Numbered from the whole stretch's first letter, positions 19,084 to 29,044 are shown. The stretch: DNA of 63,308 bases, filler included, from an uncultured bacterium (GCA_964471275.1; 5 parts of 5 records of this genome joined end to end with filler, not necessarily neighbours in it); one strand, 5' to 3'. The notes: generated from the sequence alone by a model not told the origin. Translations and numbers: made by a program.

Positions 19084-21019
19084 TTCCTCTTCGCGCGACC
19101 CAATCATACATCCAGCCTGCTCGTTCATCGACAAGGCCAAGATCGCGCTCGAGCAGGTAACGCTGAGCGACCAGCTGTTCTGCCACTGATCTGCAGCGTT
19201 CTACGTAGGTCTCCCTATCCTTGTATCGATCATCCACTGACTGCCTGGGATCGGCTTCTCCCGGAGCCGCAGGGAAGGGCAGCCAGAGTCCCTGTAGCCC
19301 GACCATCGCCCAGGTTGCTCCTATTTCTTCTGAGCGAAGCCGCCATCCCGTGAACGTGCCGAGCGGAACCGCGACTTCCGGCAGCCGTATGCCCGGAATC
19401 TCATTTCCGTCTTCGTCCACGGCAGGCAACAGACACGTGTAGGGTGCGCCGGAGACGGGAGGCTCCTTATCGATGATCCCGTCCTGCCATTCTTCTCCGT
19501 GGTCCCATCTCCTGGGATCACGGGGATGCTTCGGCAAAGCCGTGGAACAGTCCGGCCACTCAATCTGATCCAGCGGAATCAGCGTTCCATCGGTAATACG
19601 ACCATAACTCGATTGCGGCGGATCCTCGCCTTCCGATACCCACCGATCCAACGCAACAAGCAGGGCACGATGGCTCAGACAAAAGTTCACGGGATTGCCC
19701 GGCAGGTCGTCGTTGTCCTCGGGCAGGTCCGCGGGGCCGTGCTGTGTGCCGGAAAAGTGGTAGATACGAACGGAGGAGTGAGGCTCCACATCCTCCGATC
19801 CGGTTACATCTGTGTGGATTAGCGAAGCGCTACGATTCCAGTATTCGGTAGAGGTATTGGTGTAGAAGATCCTGGGAATCGTGTTCGCTGACTCACATCT
19901 GTCAAGCAGCCCTGCTGTCAGACCCGTGACGGGATCTGTTTGCGGGCCGTCGGTGAACGGGAACTGCTCCGTCGGGTAGTGAACATCGACGTGAGCGCTG
20001 GCGTGGCGAGAGGGCTGCGCGAAGCGGTGGTTGAACGAACCCATCCCGCCGCCCGCCACGTTGGCGATGATCCCGTCGAAGACCTGCCGATGCTGTTCGT
20101 CCTCGTTGAACCCCTCGTATGCCAGATGCCTGAGGAACCGACCGCTTTGGGATGAACCAAAGGCGTGAGCACGATCGATCGGAGCGGAATCTCTCAGATC
20201 GTCGAAGCGATCGGTGTCGTGTTTGAGGCAGGAAACGAAGTCACGCGTGGAGACAAAGCCCAACCCCATCACTTTCGGATTGCGCCCGGTGTAAACGAGG
20301 TTGTAGATCGTTCCCGGCGAGAATCCTCCGGGGTAGCGGATCGCTGGACGGCCATCCGGTAGCCTTTCAAAAGACCAGTGTGCTCGATCGATTGGTTTAC
20401 GTTTGGCGTACGGGCCTTCTCGGACAGTAAGCGTCGCGGACCGTTCAGTGTCTGCCGCAACCTCGTAGGGCGCGTGGAACCGGCTGCCGAGGGAGTGGAG
20501 ATCACACGGTTCGTCGACCACAATCTCACAGCCAACAGGACCCGTGATCGGCTCATCGTCCTGTGTGGCAACGGGTACGTCGAAGGTCATCAGATGCTCG
20601 TCGTCCGGTGTCTCCGGGGGGACGTCGGCTTGCCAACCACAGGCCGCGATCGTGTAGCCCTGTTCCAAAAGGAACCCGTCACCGAAATGGGCATCCATAG
20701 CCGGGCGTTGAGCGCTTTCGGCAAGGTTGTACATCCCTAGGACACCCTTGCGCCCACGGTTGACGACGTGATACATCAGGGCACCATTCCCGCGTGAGGG
20801 CTCCTGGGGTCTCAGTATCCAGATGTCTGCCCGACACTCGACACATCCTCGGGTATTTCGGGGCGCGAGGTCGAGGTCCACGACACGAGCGTTCAGCGGA
20901 TTCGATGGGTCGACCTCGAACCGAGCACTCCCGTAGAGCTGTTCGTATGGACCGACGGAGCCGAAGACTTTACTGTCGCAGACGGCATTCTGTGAAGTGA
21001 TCGTAAGTTCCGATAGCAT
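19076..21019 (-). CDS. alpha/beta hydrolase domain-containing protein
   Basis: VVNRG, GWQAD, nucleophile elbow GSSQSGRF, STEYW, FSGTQH, VDEDGNE..GIRLP..AVPLGT. Confidence 0.8.
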   Translation of the reverse strand: MLSELTITSQNAVCDSKVFGSVGPYEQLYGSARFEVDPSNPLNARVVDLDLAPRNTRGCVECRADIWILRPQEPSRGNGALMYHVVNRGRKGVLGMYNLAESAQRPAMDAHFGDGFLLEQGYTIAACGWQADVPPETPDDEHLMTFDVPVATQDDEPITGPVGCEIVVDEPCDLHSLGSRFHAPYEVAADTERSATLTVREGPYAKRKPIDRAHWSFERLPDGRPAIRYPGGFSPGTIYNLVYTGRNPKVMGLGFVSTRDFVSCLKHDTDRFDDLRDSAPIDRAHAFGSSQSGRFLRHLAYEGFNEDEQHRQVFDGIIANVAGGGMGSFNHRFAQPSRHASAHVDVHYPTEQFPFTDGPQTDPVTGLTAGLLDRCESANTIPRIFYTNTSTEYWNRSASLIHTDVTGSEDVEPHSSVRIYHFSGTQHGPADLPEDNDDLPGNPVNFCLSHRALLVALDRWVSEGEDPPQSSYGRITDGTLIPLDQIEWPDCSTALPKHPRDPRRWDHGEEWQDGIIDKEPPVSGAPYTCLLPAVDEDGNEIPGIRLPEVAVPLGTFTGWRLRSEEIGATWAMVGLQGLWLPFPAAPGEADPRQSVDDRYKDRETYVERCRSVAEQLVAQRYLLERDLGLVDERAGWMYDWVARRGIS

Positions 21020-21221
21020 CGCTATGCCCGTTCTAGACGGCCGCAAGGCCGTGGTTGGTGATAAGGTTGCAGACCACTCTCTCTGCTGAGAGATCGGTCC
21101 CGGCTCGTAGACCGTGACGGTTCAGGATGCGAGGGGGCACGAGTCACGTCAATCGAATGTTTACACCTGTGTTGACGAACGGTGCTGACTCCTTAGATTC
21201 CGGACGCGAAAGGAGCACAAC

Positions 21222-22388
21222 ATGACGATCAGGAAGGTTGAGGCGTTCGCGATGCGGATGCCGCCGAGAGATACGTCACAAAGGGATCAAGGGGCGGATA
21301 CGCGCCGGGACGAATACGGGGATTACCACATCGCCAAGGATGCGTGGTCCTCTATCTACTCGAAGCGGCACGAGACTGCTCTGATCCGGATCGAGACAGA
21401 TGACGGCCTGGTCGGGTGGGGCGAAGGACAGGCGCCGGTCTCGCCGAGGACCGTGCAGACGATTGTCGAAGATCTGTGTCGGCCTGTTCTGCTGGGTCGC
21501 GATCCTTTTGACGTCGAGTATCTCTGGTACCGGATGTACAGCGCGATGCGGGAACGCGGTCACCTCACGGGGTTCTATGTCGATGCGCTCGCGGGTGTTG
21601 ATCTGGCTTTGTATGATTTGCTGGGCAAGGCGCTCCAGAAACCCGTGTACAAGCTGCTGGGTGGGAAGTTCCGAGAAGAAGTACTGATCTATGCGGGGAT
21701 CGGGGGCAACGATCCCGCAGGTGTCGCTCAGGCTGCCAGAGAGCACGTGTCAGAAGGCTACTCGGCGTTGAAGATGCATCTGAGGCAATCGAACAGAGAC
21801 ATTGCCGAGATTGTTGCAGGCGTTCGTGATGCCGTCGGTCCCGATGTGCTCTTGCACGTCGATGTGCACGGTCAGCGCGATGTTGGCGGCGCTATCACAC
21901 TGGGACGTCTACTGGAAGCACTCGATGTACGATGGCTGGAGGCCCCTACTCTGGCGGAAGATGTGAAGGGACACGCGGAGATCGCAGCTGCACTGGACCT
22001 GCAGGTCGCGACGGGCGAGTGGCTGCGGACTTCGTGGGAATGGCGACAGTGGATCGACTTCCGAGGCTTTGACTGTGCCATGCCGGACATTGCGCGGACC
22101 GGTCTGACGGAAGGGAAGCGTATATCGGCGCTATGCGACGCCTATAACCTGCCGATCGCACCTCACGTCGGTGGGGGCGGTATCCTCTCCGTTTCTGCTT
22201 CTGTCCACTATTCTGCTGCAATCCCGAATTTTCAAATTCTCGAACACTCGCACCGGGCTCACGCGCAGAAAGGTCGGATCGCGAAGTCTTATCCTGTTCC
22301 TGAGAGTGGGCGCTTCGTACTGGACGATGAGATGCCGGGGTTGGGGGTCGAGATAGATGAGGACCGCGTCAGAGAGTTCAGTCAGTGA
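21222..22388 (+). CDS. mandelate racemase/muconate lactonizing enzyme family protein
   Basis: ETDDGLVGWGE, DLALYDLLGK, metal ligands D/E/E (VDVH, LEAP, TGE), APH. Confidence 0.9.
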   Translation: MTIRKVEAFAMRMPPRDTSQRDQGADTRRDEYGDYHIAKDAWSSIYSKRHETALIRIETDDGLVGWGEGQAPVSPRTVQTIVEDLCRPVLLGRDPFDVEYLWYRMYSAMRERGHLTGFYVDALAGVDLALYDLLGKALQKPVYKLLGGKFREEVLIYAGIGGNDPAGVAQAAREHVSEGYSALKMHLRQSNRDIAEIVAGVRDAVGPDVLLHVDVHGQRDVGGAITLGRLLEALDVRWLEAPTLAEDVKGHAEIAAALDLQVATGEWLRTSWEWRQWIDFRGFDCAMPDIARTGLTEGKRISALCDAYNLPIAPHVGGGGILSVSASVHYSAAIPNFQILEHSHRAHAQKGRIAKSYPVPESGRFVLDDEMPGLGVEIDEDRVREFSQ

Positions 22389-22606
22389 GTGCAGGATGCC
22401 TGTAGCAGGCGCGTGTGCTGCCGCGTCGAAAGGCTATCGATCTCTGTGGTGCTAGAACCTATGTCATCTGCTTCTGTTGTCCGTCTGCACCGTGCCTACA
22501 CCCGGGATCCGTGGATGACTGCGTGGGCAACCGGTTGTGTAACCATTCCTAGATTTGCCCCCAGACTGCGGTGGTGTATCTGGACCCTACACTCGAAGGA
22601 GCTACA

Positions 22607-23740
22607 GTGAAGATCGTCGATATCGAAGTGATTCGTTTCCAGTCAACGACTCGGAATTACCCGACGAAGTGGGGCTACTACTATTGGGGACAGGAGCGGA
22701 CGGCGACGACTTCTCTCACCAGGATCGTGACGGATGACGGTCTTGAGGGATACAACCTCGGCGGCGATCAGGCGACGATCGATCGCGTGGTCAAGCCGCT
22801 ACTTCTGGGTGAGAACCCACTGGACCGCGAGAAACTGTGGCAGTGGATGAGTCAGCATCCCGGCTTCTCGGAAGGGTTGGCCGGGTCGGTTGATTGTGCC
22901 CTCTGGGATCTGTATGGTCGGATGGTTGGATTACCCGTGCACAAATGCCTCGGTGGCTATCGCGACAGGGTCAAGGCGTATGCGAGCACCTGGCCGAATA
23001 TGGGCAAACCCGAGGACTACGCACGGCACGCGGTCGAGATGAAGCAGCAGGGATACGGCGCCTACAAGGTGCACGCATATATCTACTTCAACCCGCATAC
23101 GTGGGAACACGCCCCGCAGCTTCCGGGCTTTCCGAAGGCGGATATCGAGGTCTGTCGGGCGGTACGTGAGGCAGTGGGACCGGATATGGTGCTGATGTTG
23201 GACCCGTTCGGTGTCTACACGCTGGAGGAGTCGATCTGGGTCGGGCACGAGCTGGAGAAGCTCGACTTCTACTGGCTCGAGCATCCGATGATCGAGACGC
23301 GCGTGGAGGCGTATCGTCGACTCTGTCAGGAACTGGACATCGCCGTCTGTTCACCTGAACACGCTCCCGGCGGCATCTTCACCCGGGCGGAGTGGGTGCT
23401 GCAGGGCGCCTCTGACATGAGCCGGATCGATGTGCACTACGGGGGCATCACGGGCAGCTACAAACACGCGATGCTGTGTCAGGCGTATGGCATACAATGC
23501 GAGATGCACGGTGGCGGGTGGAGTAACAGTCACATTCTGGGTGCCACTCCCGAATCAACGTGTGAGTATTTCGAGCGCGGGCTTCTGCGTCCTGATCTCG
23601 ACTATGAGAAGCACGCACCCCATCTGGAGGCGATCTGTGATCCGATGGACGACGACGGGAATGTCATCCTGCCGACACAGCCGGGTCTGGGAATGGAATT
23701 CAACTGGGATTACATCAACGATCATCTGGTCAAAGATTGA
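22607..23740 (+). CDS. enolase-superfamily (MR-like) protein
   Basis: DCALWDL, LGGYRDRVKAYAS, YKVH, MLDP, WLEHP, SPE, EMH; GTG start after GAAGGAG. Confidence 0.9.
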   Translation: MKIVDIEVIRFQSTTRNYPTKWGYYYWGQERTATTSLTRIVTDDGLEGYNLGGDQATIDRVVKPLLLGENPLDREKLWQWMSQHPGFSEGLAGSVDCALWDLYGRMVGLPVHKCLGGYRDRVKAYASTWPNMGKPEDYARHAVEMKQQGYGAYKVHAYIYFNPHTWEHAPQLPGFPKADIEVCRAVREAVGPDMVLMLDPFGVYTLEESIWVGHELEKLDFYWLEHPMIETRVEAYRRLCQELDIAVCSPEHAPGGIFTRAEWVLQGASDMSRIDVHYGGITGSYKHAMLCQAYGIQCEMHGGGWSNSHILGATPESTCEYFERGLLRPDLDYEKHAPHLEAICDPMDDDGNVILPTQPGLGMEFNWDYINDHLVKD

Positions 23741-23773
23741 GGCGGCAGGTTTGACCTGAACGCAGTGTGTCGA

Positions 23774-24826
23774 TTACGTCGTGCTGTAGCGGGCGAGTTT
23801 TGCCTTGAAGCCTGGTCTGTCGAGCACCGCCCGGTTGACGACACCGTCGGGGATCTGACCTGTAGACAGGTCGATCACCTGGGAGCAGGCCTTCCGACCC
23901 AGATCTCTGAAGAGCTCGTTTGTCCACGCGATTGCGTGCGGAGCGAGGATGACGTTCTCCAGAAGGGAGATCGGATGTCCGGGCGGCATCGGTTCATTTT
24001 CGTGGCAGTCGAGTGCCGCTCCTGCGATGCGTTTCTCTCGAAGCGCGTCAATCAGGGCTGTTTCGTTTACAATGCCCCCTCGTGCCGTGTTGATCAGATA
24101 TGCCGTGGGTTTCATCAGCGACAGTTCGCGGTCACCGATCAGATCGCGCGTGTCGTCGTTCAGCGGGCAGTTGACAGAAACGAAATCGGAAGCGCGCAGA
24201 AGGTCGTCCCGGTCGACAAGTGTCACACCCAGCTGCTTCGCGCGTTCGGCGGGTATGTGTGGGTCGTAGGCGATCGGCTTCGCCATTCGGAAACCGCCGA
24301 TCATGTTGGCTAACGTACCGCCAATCCCACCGAGCCCGATGATTCCCAGCGTCCGGTCACGGAGTTCGCTCCCCATGTGACCGGACCGTTCGTCCCACCT
24401 GCCTTCCCGCGTGATCCGATCCTTGATCACCAGATTGTGTGATATCGCGAGCATCATCGTGATGACCGCCTCAGCGACCGAGTAGTCGACACCTCCAGCC
24501 GTAATCGTCAACACAACATCCGCTTCGGTGCAGGCATCCACGTCGACCGAGTCATATCCGACGCCAAATCTGGAGATCATCGTCAGACGATCCAGGTCTT
24601 CGAGCGAAGCCTTTGTGATTCGCGGCGACAAGACGATGACCGCATCCGTATCGTGCAGCTGGTCGGATTCGACCTCTGGTTGGTGGCGGTCCAGAAACGC
24701 ATAGGCGATCCCATCGCTGCCATCCAGCAGGTCGAGCCCGATGTCCTGGTAGACCAGCTTGCCGTTATCCTGGAAGTCTGCCGTGAGTTTGACCTGGAAT
24801 CCGGAGTTCATGGATTCGTATCCCAT
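23774..24826 (-). CDS. D-isomer-specific 2-hydroxyacid dehydrogenase
   Basis: RFGVGYD, GIIGLGGIG, LINTARG, LD..E.EP, APHAIAW. Confidence 0.92.
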   Translation of the reverse strand: MGYESMNSGFQVKLTADFQDNGKLVYQDIGLDLLDGSDGIAYAFLDRHQPEVESDQLHDTDAVIVLSPRITKASLEDLDRLTMISRFGVGYDSVDVDACTEADVVLTITAGGVDYSVAEAVITMMLAISHNLVIKDRITREGRWDERSGHMGSELRDRTLGIIGLGGIGGTLANMIGGFRMAKPIAYDPHIPAERAKQLGVTLVDRDDLLRASDFVSVNCPLNDDTRDLIGDRELSLMKPTAYLINTARGGIVNETALIDALREKRIAGAALDCHENEPMPPGHPISLLENVILAPHAIAWTNELFRDLGRKACSQVIDLSTGQIPDGVVNRAVLDRPGFKAKLARYSTT

Positions 24827-24918
24827 CGTGAAGGACTGTCCTGACTTGCCTGAAGAGACCTGCGAGGCGTGACGGTGCCTCTTGGTGTACCCAAATGCAT
24901 TTACGAATAGATCAGGTT

Positions 24919-25368
24919 CTAGTCGGTTACTTCGACAATGACCTCGATTTCGACCGTGATCCGGCCAGGGAGCGCACCCAGACCAACGGCCGAGCGTGCG
25001 TGCTTTCCCTTTTCTCCGAAGACTTCGACGAAGAGGTCGGAGCAGCCGTTGATCACTTTCGGGTGGTCAGCAAATTCAGGTGCGGTGTTGACCATGCCCA
25101 GAACCTTTACGATGCGGCTGACCTTGTCGAGGGACCCGAGTTCGTCTCTCATCACGGAGATCAGAACGAGCCCCACCTCGCGAGCATGCTTGTAAGCCTC
25201 TTCGATCGGCACCTCGGTCCCGACCTTTCCGACGCCATCAGGACCCGGGCCTTTGCCGGACAGATACAGAAGATTTCCTGTGCGGACGGCGTGGACGTAA
25301 TTGCCACCCGGTGCCGGGATGGGCGGGAGTTCGATTCCGAGATCCTTGAGGGTCTGTTCTGCCGACAT
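24919..25368 (-). CDS. RidA/YjgF-family protein
   Basis: GNLLYLSG, VINGCSDL, GKHARSAVG; start re-placed at ATG 25368. Confidence 0.92.
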   Translation of the reverse strand: MSAEQTLKDLGIELPPIPAPGGNYVHAVRTGNLLYLSGKGPGPDGVGKVGTEVPIEEAYKHAREVGLVLISVMRDELGSLDKVSRIVKVLGMVNTAPEFADHPKVINGCSDLFVEVFGEKGKHARSAVGLGALPGRITVEIEVIVEVTD

Positions 25369-25387
25369 GGTAGTGCTCCTGGGTGAA

Positions 25388-25413
25388 GTCATTCCCGCCT
25401 GGGCAGGAATCCA
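25388..25413. repeat. palindromic repeat GTCATTCCCGC..GCAGGAATCCA (dRS3/RPE-like)
   Basis: Matches the widespread ATTCCC-N8-GGGAAT type palindrome with one mismatch. Confidence 0.6.
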
Positions 25414-25478
25414 TTGGTGAAGTAATCCTAGAAAGGAAGGGGTTCGCCCTCGTTGGCCGTTCGGGTTGCGTAGAGGTC

Positions 25479-25578
25479 NNNNNNNNNNNNNNNNNNNNNN
25501 NNNNNNNNNNNNNNNNNNNNNNTTAATTAATTAANNNNNNNNNNNNNNNNNNNNNNNNNNNNNNNNNNNNNNNNNNNN
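25479..25578. other. artificial scaffold-joining spacer
   Basis: N44-TTAATTAATTAA-N44. Confidence 0.99.
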
Positions 25579-25628
25579 CCAAAATCCCGGATAACGGGTT
25601 GATTCTGCAGGAGTAGTGCCCTGAGTGC

Positions 25629-25686
25629 AAAAAAAGAAAGAAAAAAGAAAAAAAGAACTAAAGACGGGCGCTACAGCTGCCGATAC
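25629..25686 (+). promoter_or_regulatory. sigma-28 (FliA/SigD)-type promoter with upstream A-tract
   Basis: TAAA (25659-25662)-16 nt-GCCGATAC (25679-25686), preceded directly by a ~28-nt A-rich tract (UP-element-like). Confidence 0.7.
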
Positions 25687-25960
25687 TTGGAGAGAGGGCG
25701 TTAATATCCCTGGATATCGGCCCCTCATTGCCGAATCCATCCCTCAAAAAATGGGTCGTTCCGATGGATTTCGAATCTACGAACACTTTGCAATCGCAGC
25801 TCAGCCACCATTTTACACAGCTCCTCGAGGAAGAGGTGAACGTCTCTAAACACGAGGCCCTGTTCATCGCAACTGTCGTCTGGACAGTGGTTGCCCAACC
25901 GCCCTACGCACTTTCGCAGTCAAAGCCCTAGGGATCGTCAACCGGGCACGAGAGAATTAT

Positions 25961-26236
25961 ATGCCAGCGGAAGTCAACAACTCAGTCATCACAGCAGGCA
26001 GTCTAACGCCGAGAAACACACCACAGTCGCTGCAGACGGAGTCTCGCTCCCGCGACAACGTCGCACGGTCGAGCACGTCGAACACGCAGGCAGTACTCAC
26101 TTCCGGCCCAGAGACCTTGGTCAGGTCAGCGGATCCCGGAACCGGTTCTCAGGGCGCTGAGAACCAACAGAAGGAAATCTCTAACCCACCGAATACGAGT
26201 AACGGGGTGGGTCAGAACGTAGACGTTTCGATCTAG
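25961..26236 (+). CDS. small low-complexity protein with YjfB/FlxA-like C-terminal motif
   Basis: S/T/N/Q-rich; ends GVGQNVDVSI; ATG after GAGAG. Confidence 0.7.
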   Translation: MPAEVNNSVITAGSLTPRNTPQSLQTESRSRDNVARSSTSNTQAVLTSGPETLVRSADPGTGSQGAENQQKEISNPPNTSNGVGQNVDVSI

Positions 26237-26389
26237 TATCGAAGCATCTGCCGACGGTGGCCGGAATCGCGCGGAAGATTCCCGACCGTACTCAACCGTC
26301 ATCGAAGTGCGTTGAGCCAGGACAGCTCGGCTGTCTTCGGAACCATTCAAGAGTCGAAGTGAACCGATAACGTTTGGTAGGGCAGTGAC

Positions 26390-27409
26390 ATGCCGATCTT
26401 TGTCTCGCGATTCTCGCCTGAGAGATCGCTGATCGGAAGCTTTGTCGCACCAGGATCTCGTCGAAACGAGACACCTGAGCGGCCAGCTTCCGAGACGCAG
26501 GTCTCGGAAGCCAGTAGCGGCAGTACCTCACAGGGCGCTGACCGAGTTGAACTCACCCGAGGGGGACGCTCGCCGGATCTCGCCTCGCCTGTGTCGACCG
26601 AAACCGCGTCGACACGTTCAGCACCCGCAGCCGTCTCAGATCCGTCAACTGAGAGTACGATTGAGAGCACATCTTCTTCGATCGGCTCTCTGACGTTTCT
26701 GGACCAGCTCCGCCTGCGCAGCACCAGCAATACTCCACTGCAAAATGATCCCGTCGATTCCCCGGAACCGCCTCCATCTGTCGGTGTCGAAAATCGCCTT
26801 GGACCTCTGGCAGAAAGACTGCGTGCCTTAACCCAGGAGCTAACCGCGAACCGGGTTGACGCACCAGCTGAGCCTCCCGTTTCTGCACCCTTCGACGATC
26901 TGATTTCGGAAAACCAGACCGCCAATAATGCTGCAGCCGTGGAGAATTTGGACAACCTGATCGTGGCGCTCCAGGCGGAATCGGACACGGGTGCTTTTGA
27001 ACCCTTCGAAGATGCCCCTGTTCCCGCAATCGACACTCAGGCAATCTCGGAAGCCATCGTGCAACAGGACGAAGAAGTTGTTGCGCGCGGAGCACAGGAA
27101 CAGACGCTCCGTGAAGGTCTCCAGACAATTGCCAGTGGATTACGTACTGACGCAGCGATAGAAACAAGACAGAACGTGGAGGCGACTGCCCGTAACACGC
27201 AGGCTGCAGCCAGAGTTCAGGGCCGCAGAGAAGTACAGCAGAACCAGAGAGATATCCAATCGCTGCAATCCGAGCGCCGCAGTGCCCAGCAGGAGCTTCG
27301 CAGCGCAGATCAGGCCATCCGTCAGTTACAGAGTCGAAACACTCAAATACAGTCGGGGTCGAATCAGCAGGCCACACCGGGAACCTCTCTGGACATCGTT
27401 GCACAGTAG
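26390..27409 (+). CDS. low-complexity/coiled-coil protein, FlxA-like C-terminus
   Basis: S/T/P/E-rich; DRVELT motif; Q/R coiled coil; ends PGTSLDIVAQ; ACCGATAA element ~20 nt upstream. Confidence 0.75.
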   Translation: MPIFVSRFSPERSLIGSFVAPGSRRNETPERPASETQVSEASSGSTSQGADRVELTRGGRSPDLASPVSTETASTRSAPAAVSDPSTESTIESTSSSIGSLTFLDQLRLRSTSNTPLQNDPVDSPEPPPSVGVENRLGPLAERLRALTQELTANRVDAPAEPPVSAPFDDLISENQTANNAAAVENLDNLIVALQAESDTGAFEPFEDAPVPAIDTQAISEAIVQQDEEVVARGAQEQTLREGLQTIASGLRTDAAIETRQNVEATARNTQAAARVQGRREVQQNQRDIQSLQSERRSAQQELRSADQAIRQLQSRNTQIQSGSNQQATPGTSLDIVAQ

Positions 27410-27734
27410 CCCGTATACGTGGTAAGACACAACGGGTGTGAAGCCGCCCCGCTGCCCTGAACCCGGTTTCGTTGATGATGTGTTATTCGGGGTGGTGCAT
27501 CGTCAGTACCCTCGCTGCCTCGTGGAGCGGTGGTACCGATTGGCCAGTCCCCCTTTCCTTCTTCCTGGAGGAAAGGGGGATTCTTTCGTTGGGGAAACAG
27601 CGTGTGGCAGATTCCATCAGTCCCACAATTGCCCGACTGTACATCCTACTTTGCTTGAGCTTGCCTGCCCCCATGGGCCAACCTATATTCATCACACACA
27701 AACGAAGGATACCAGTGGCCTGTGGAGCCTTTCC

Positions 27735-28022
27735 TTGCACGAACTCGCTGACAACCTGAAAGTCCTCTCTGATCCAGCCCGGCTTCGGATCCTCAAGGAA
27801 CTGATGGTCGTGAAACAGGAGAAACACGTCTGTGTACGAGATCTTGCGGACAGTCTCGCCATCTCTCAACCCAACGTGTCCCATCATCTGAAAGTGCTGA
27901 AGACTGCAGGGCTCATTTCCTGTCAGAAGGCGTTCGAGAAGGATCAGCGGTTCGCCTACTACAAAGTCGACCGCAAGCGTATCGAGTCGCTGTTCAAGAA
28001 CGTCCTGGAATCGATCTCCTGA
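27735..28022 (+). CDS. ArsR/SmtB-family transcriptional regulator
   Basis: LKVLSDPARLRIL, CVRDLA, SQPNVSHHLKVLKTAGLI; TTG start after GGAG. Confidence 0.9.
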   Translation: MHELADNLKVLSDPARLRILKELMVVKQEKHVCVRDLADSLAISQPNVSHHLKVLKTAGLISCQKAFEKDQRFAYYKVDRKRIESLFKNVLESIS

Positions 28023-28107
28023 GCCGCACCCAAAGCGTTTGGCAACAAACTGGCACTGCGGAAGGCGAGGATCTTTCTAAGGCCCGAACTCAAGCGGATT
28101 GTAGAAT

Positions 28108-28144
28108 GAAGAGCCCGGCCATCTGGTCGGGCTCTTCTCTTTTC
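28108..28144 (+). terminator. intrinsic terminator
   Basis: GAAGAGCCCGGCCA-tc-TGGTCGGGCTCTTC followed by TCTTTT. Confidence 0.75.
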
Positions 28145-28400
28145 AGTAGCCGGTCTCGATTGGCTCGGCCGGTGGCCCACGAGTCACGAGGGTCTCCAGC
28201 AGATGCCCCAGATCTCTTGGTGTAAACGTCCCAGTCGAATGCACGGTCTCCAGGACAGGCCACCACCTGAAGGCCTGAAGTGCTTCTCGGTTCCTTTTCT
28301 CCGTGCCGTCACCCTTACCCGGGTCGAACACTTCGGTCTCTACCCGGTAGCAGGTGTCGCGCTGTTCGTATGACTGTTGACTGTCCATCCCACTCAAATC
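28143..28400 (-). pseudogene. NUDIX hydrolase C-terminal remnant
   Basis: EQRDTCYRVET..AFRWW..FTPRDLGHLL..GPPAEPI resembles a NUDIX C-terminus; no Nudix box present. Confidence 0.45.
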
Positions 28401-28471
28401 TGCTTGTCCGCTGACATCATCAACGCTCTCGCCCCCTACGCCAGAGATCATAGATCATAGATCACCCAGGC

Positions 28472-29044
28472 TCAGACATTCAATCTTACCCGTGGATCGA
28501 TTCGGATCGCTCTGGGTGAGGTCGGGCAGATCTGCTCGCACACGCCGCAACCGACACACCCCTCAAGTACGGCTACTCGATCATCGTCATCGACCTCGAT
28601 CGCGCGCGTGCCTCTCGGGCAGAGATCGATACAGCTTCTGCAAGCCTGGTCATTCGCACGTACACACGACTCGTGATCGACCACGGCCATACCGAGATCG
28701 ATCTCGTCTCGGGTAATGATCTGCAGTGCATCCGAGGGACAGGCGTGCATGCAGTCCAGATCGGTACACACAACGCACGCCTGCTCAACAGCCACGATAC
28801 CCGGTGTGTCTTTCAGCCTTCCTTCCACGGCAATCGGTCGTATCGCATCCGCGGGACACACCTCAACGCAGGCGTGACAGCGTTCGCAGCGAGCCAGAAA
28901 ATCTGTCTCGACGATCGCGCCGGGGGGTCGCAGCACGACCGGACCCTCAACCGACTGCGTATCGAGGTAGTCTACGGCAGGCTCGACGTAGCGTTTGACG
29001 ACCTCCCGGAAGAAGGCACGTCGACTGTGTCGTCTATCACTCAA
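28472..29044 (-). CDS. 4Fe-4S dicluster protein, NapG/MauM-like ferredoxin
   Basis: SRRAFF leader, LRPPGA, four cluster motifs (CERCHACVEVCP; CVVCTDLDCMHACP; C..CRSCIDLCP; CVGCGVCEQICP). Confidence 0.9.
   Translation of the reverse strand: MSDRRHSRRAFFREVVKRYVEPAVDYLDTQSVEGPVVLRPPGAIVETDFLARCERCHACVEVCPADAIRPIAVEGRLKDTPGIVAVEQACVVCTDLDCMHACPSDALQIITRDEIDLGMAVVDHESCVRANDQACRSCIDLCPRGTRAIEVDDDDRVAVLEGCVGCGVCEQICPTSPRAIRIDPRVRLNV

Noticed and set aside
25764..25931. 55-aa ORF directly after the sigma-28-type promoter
   Set aside because: No clear RBS or motif; cannot be told apart from a 5' leader without expression data
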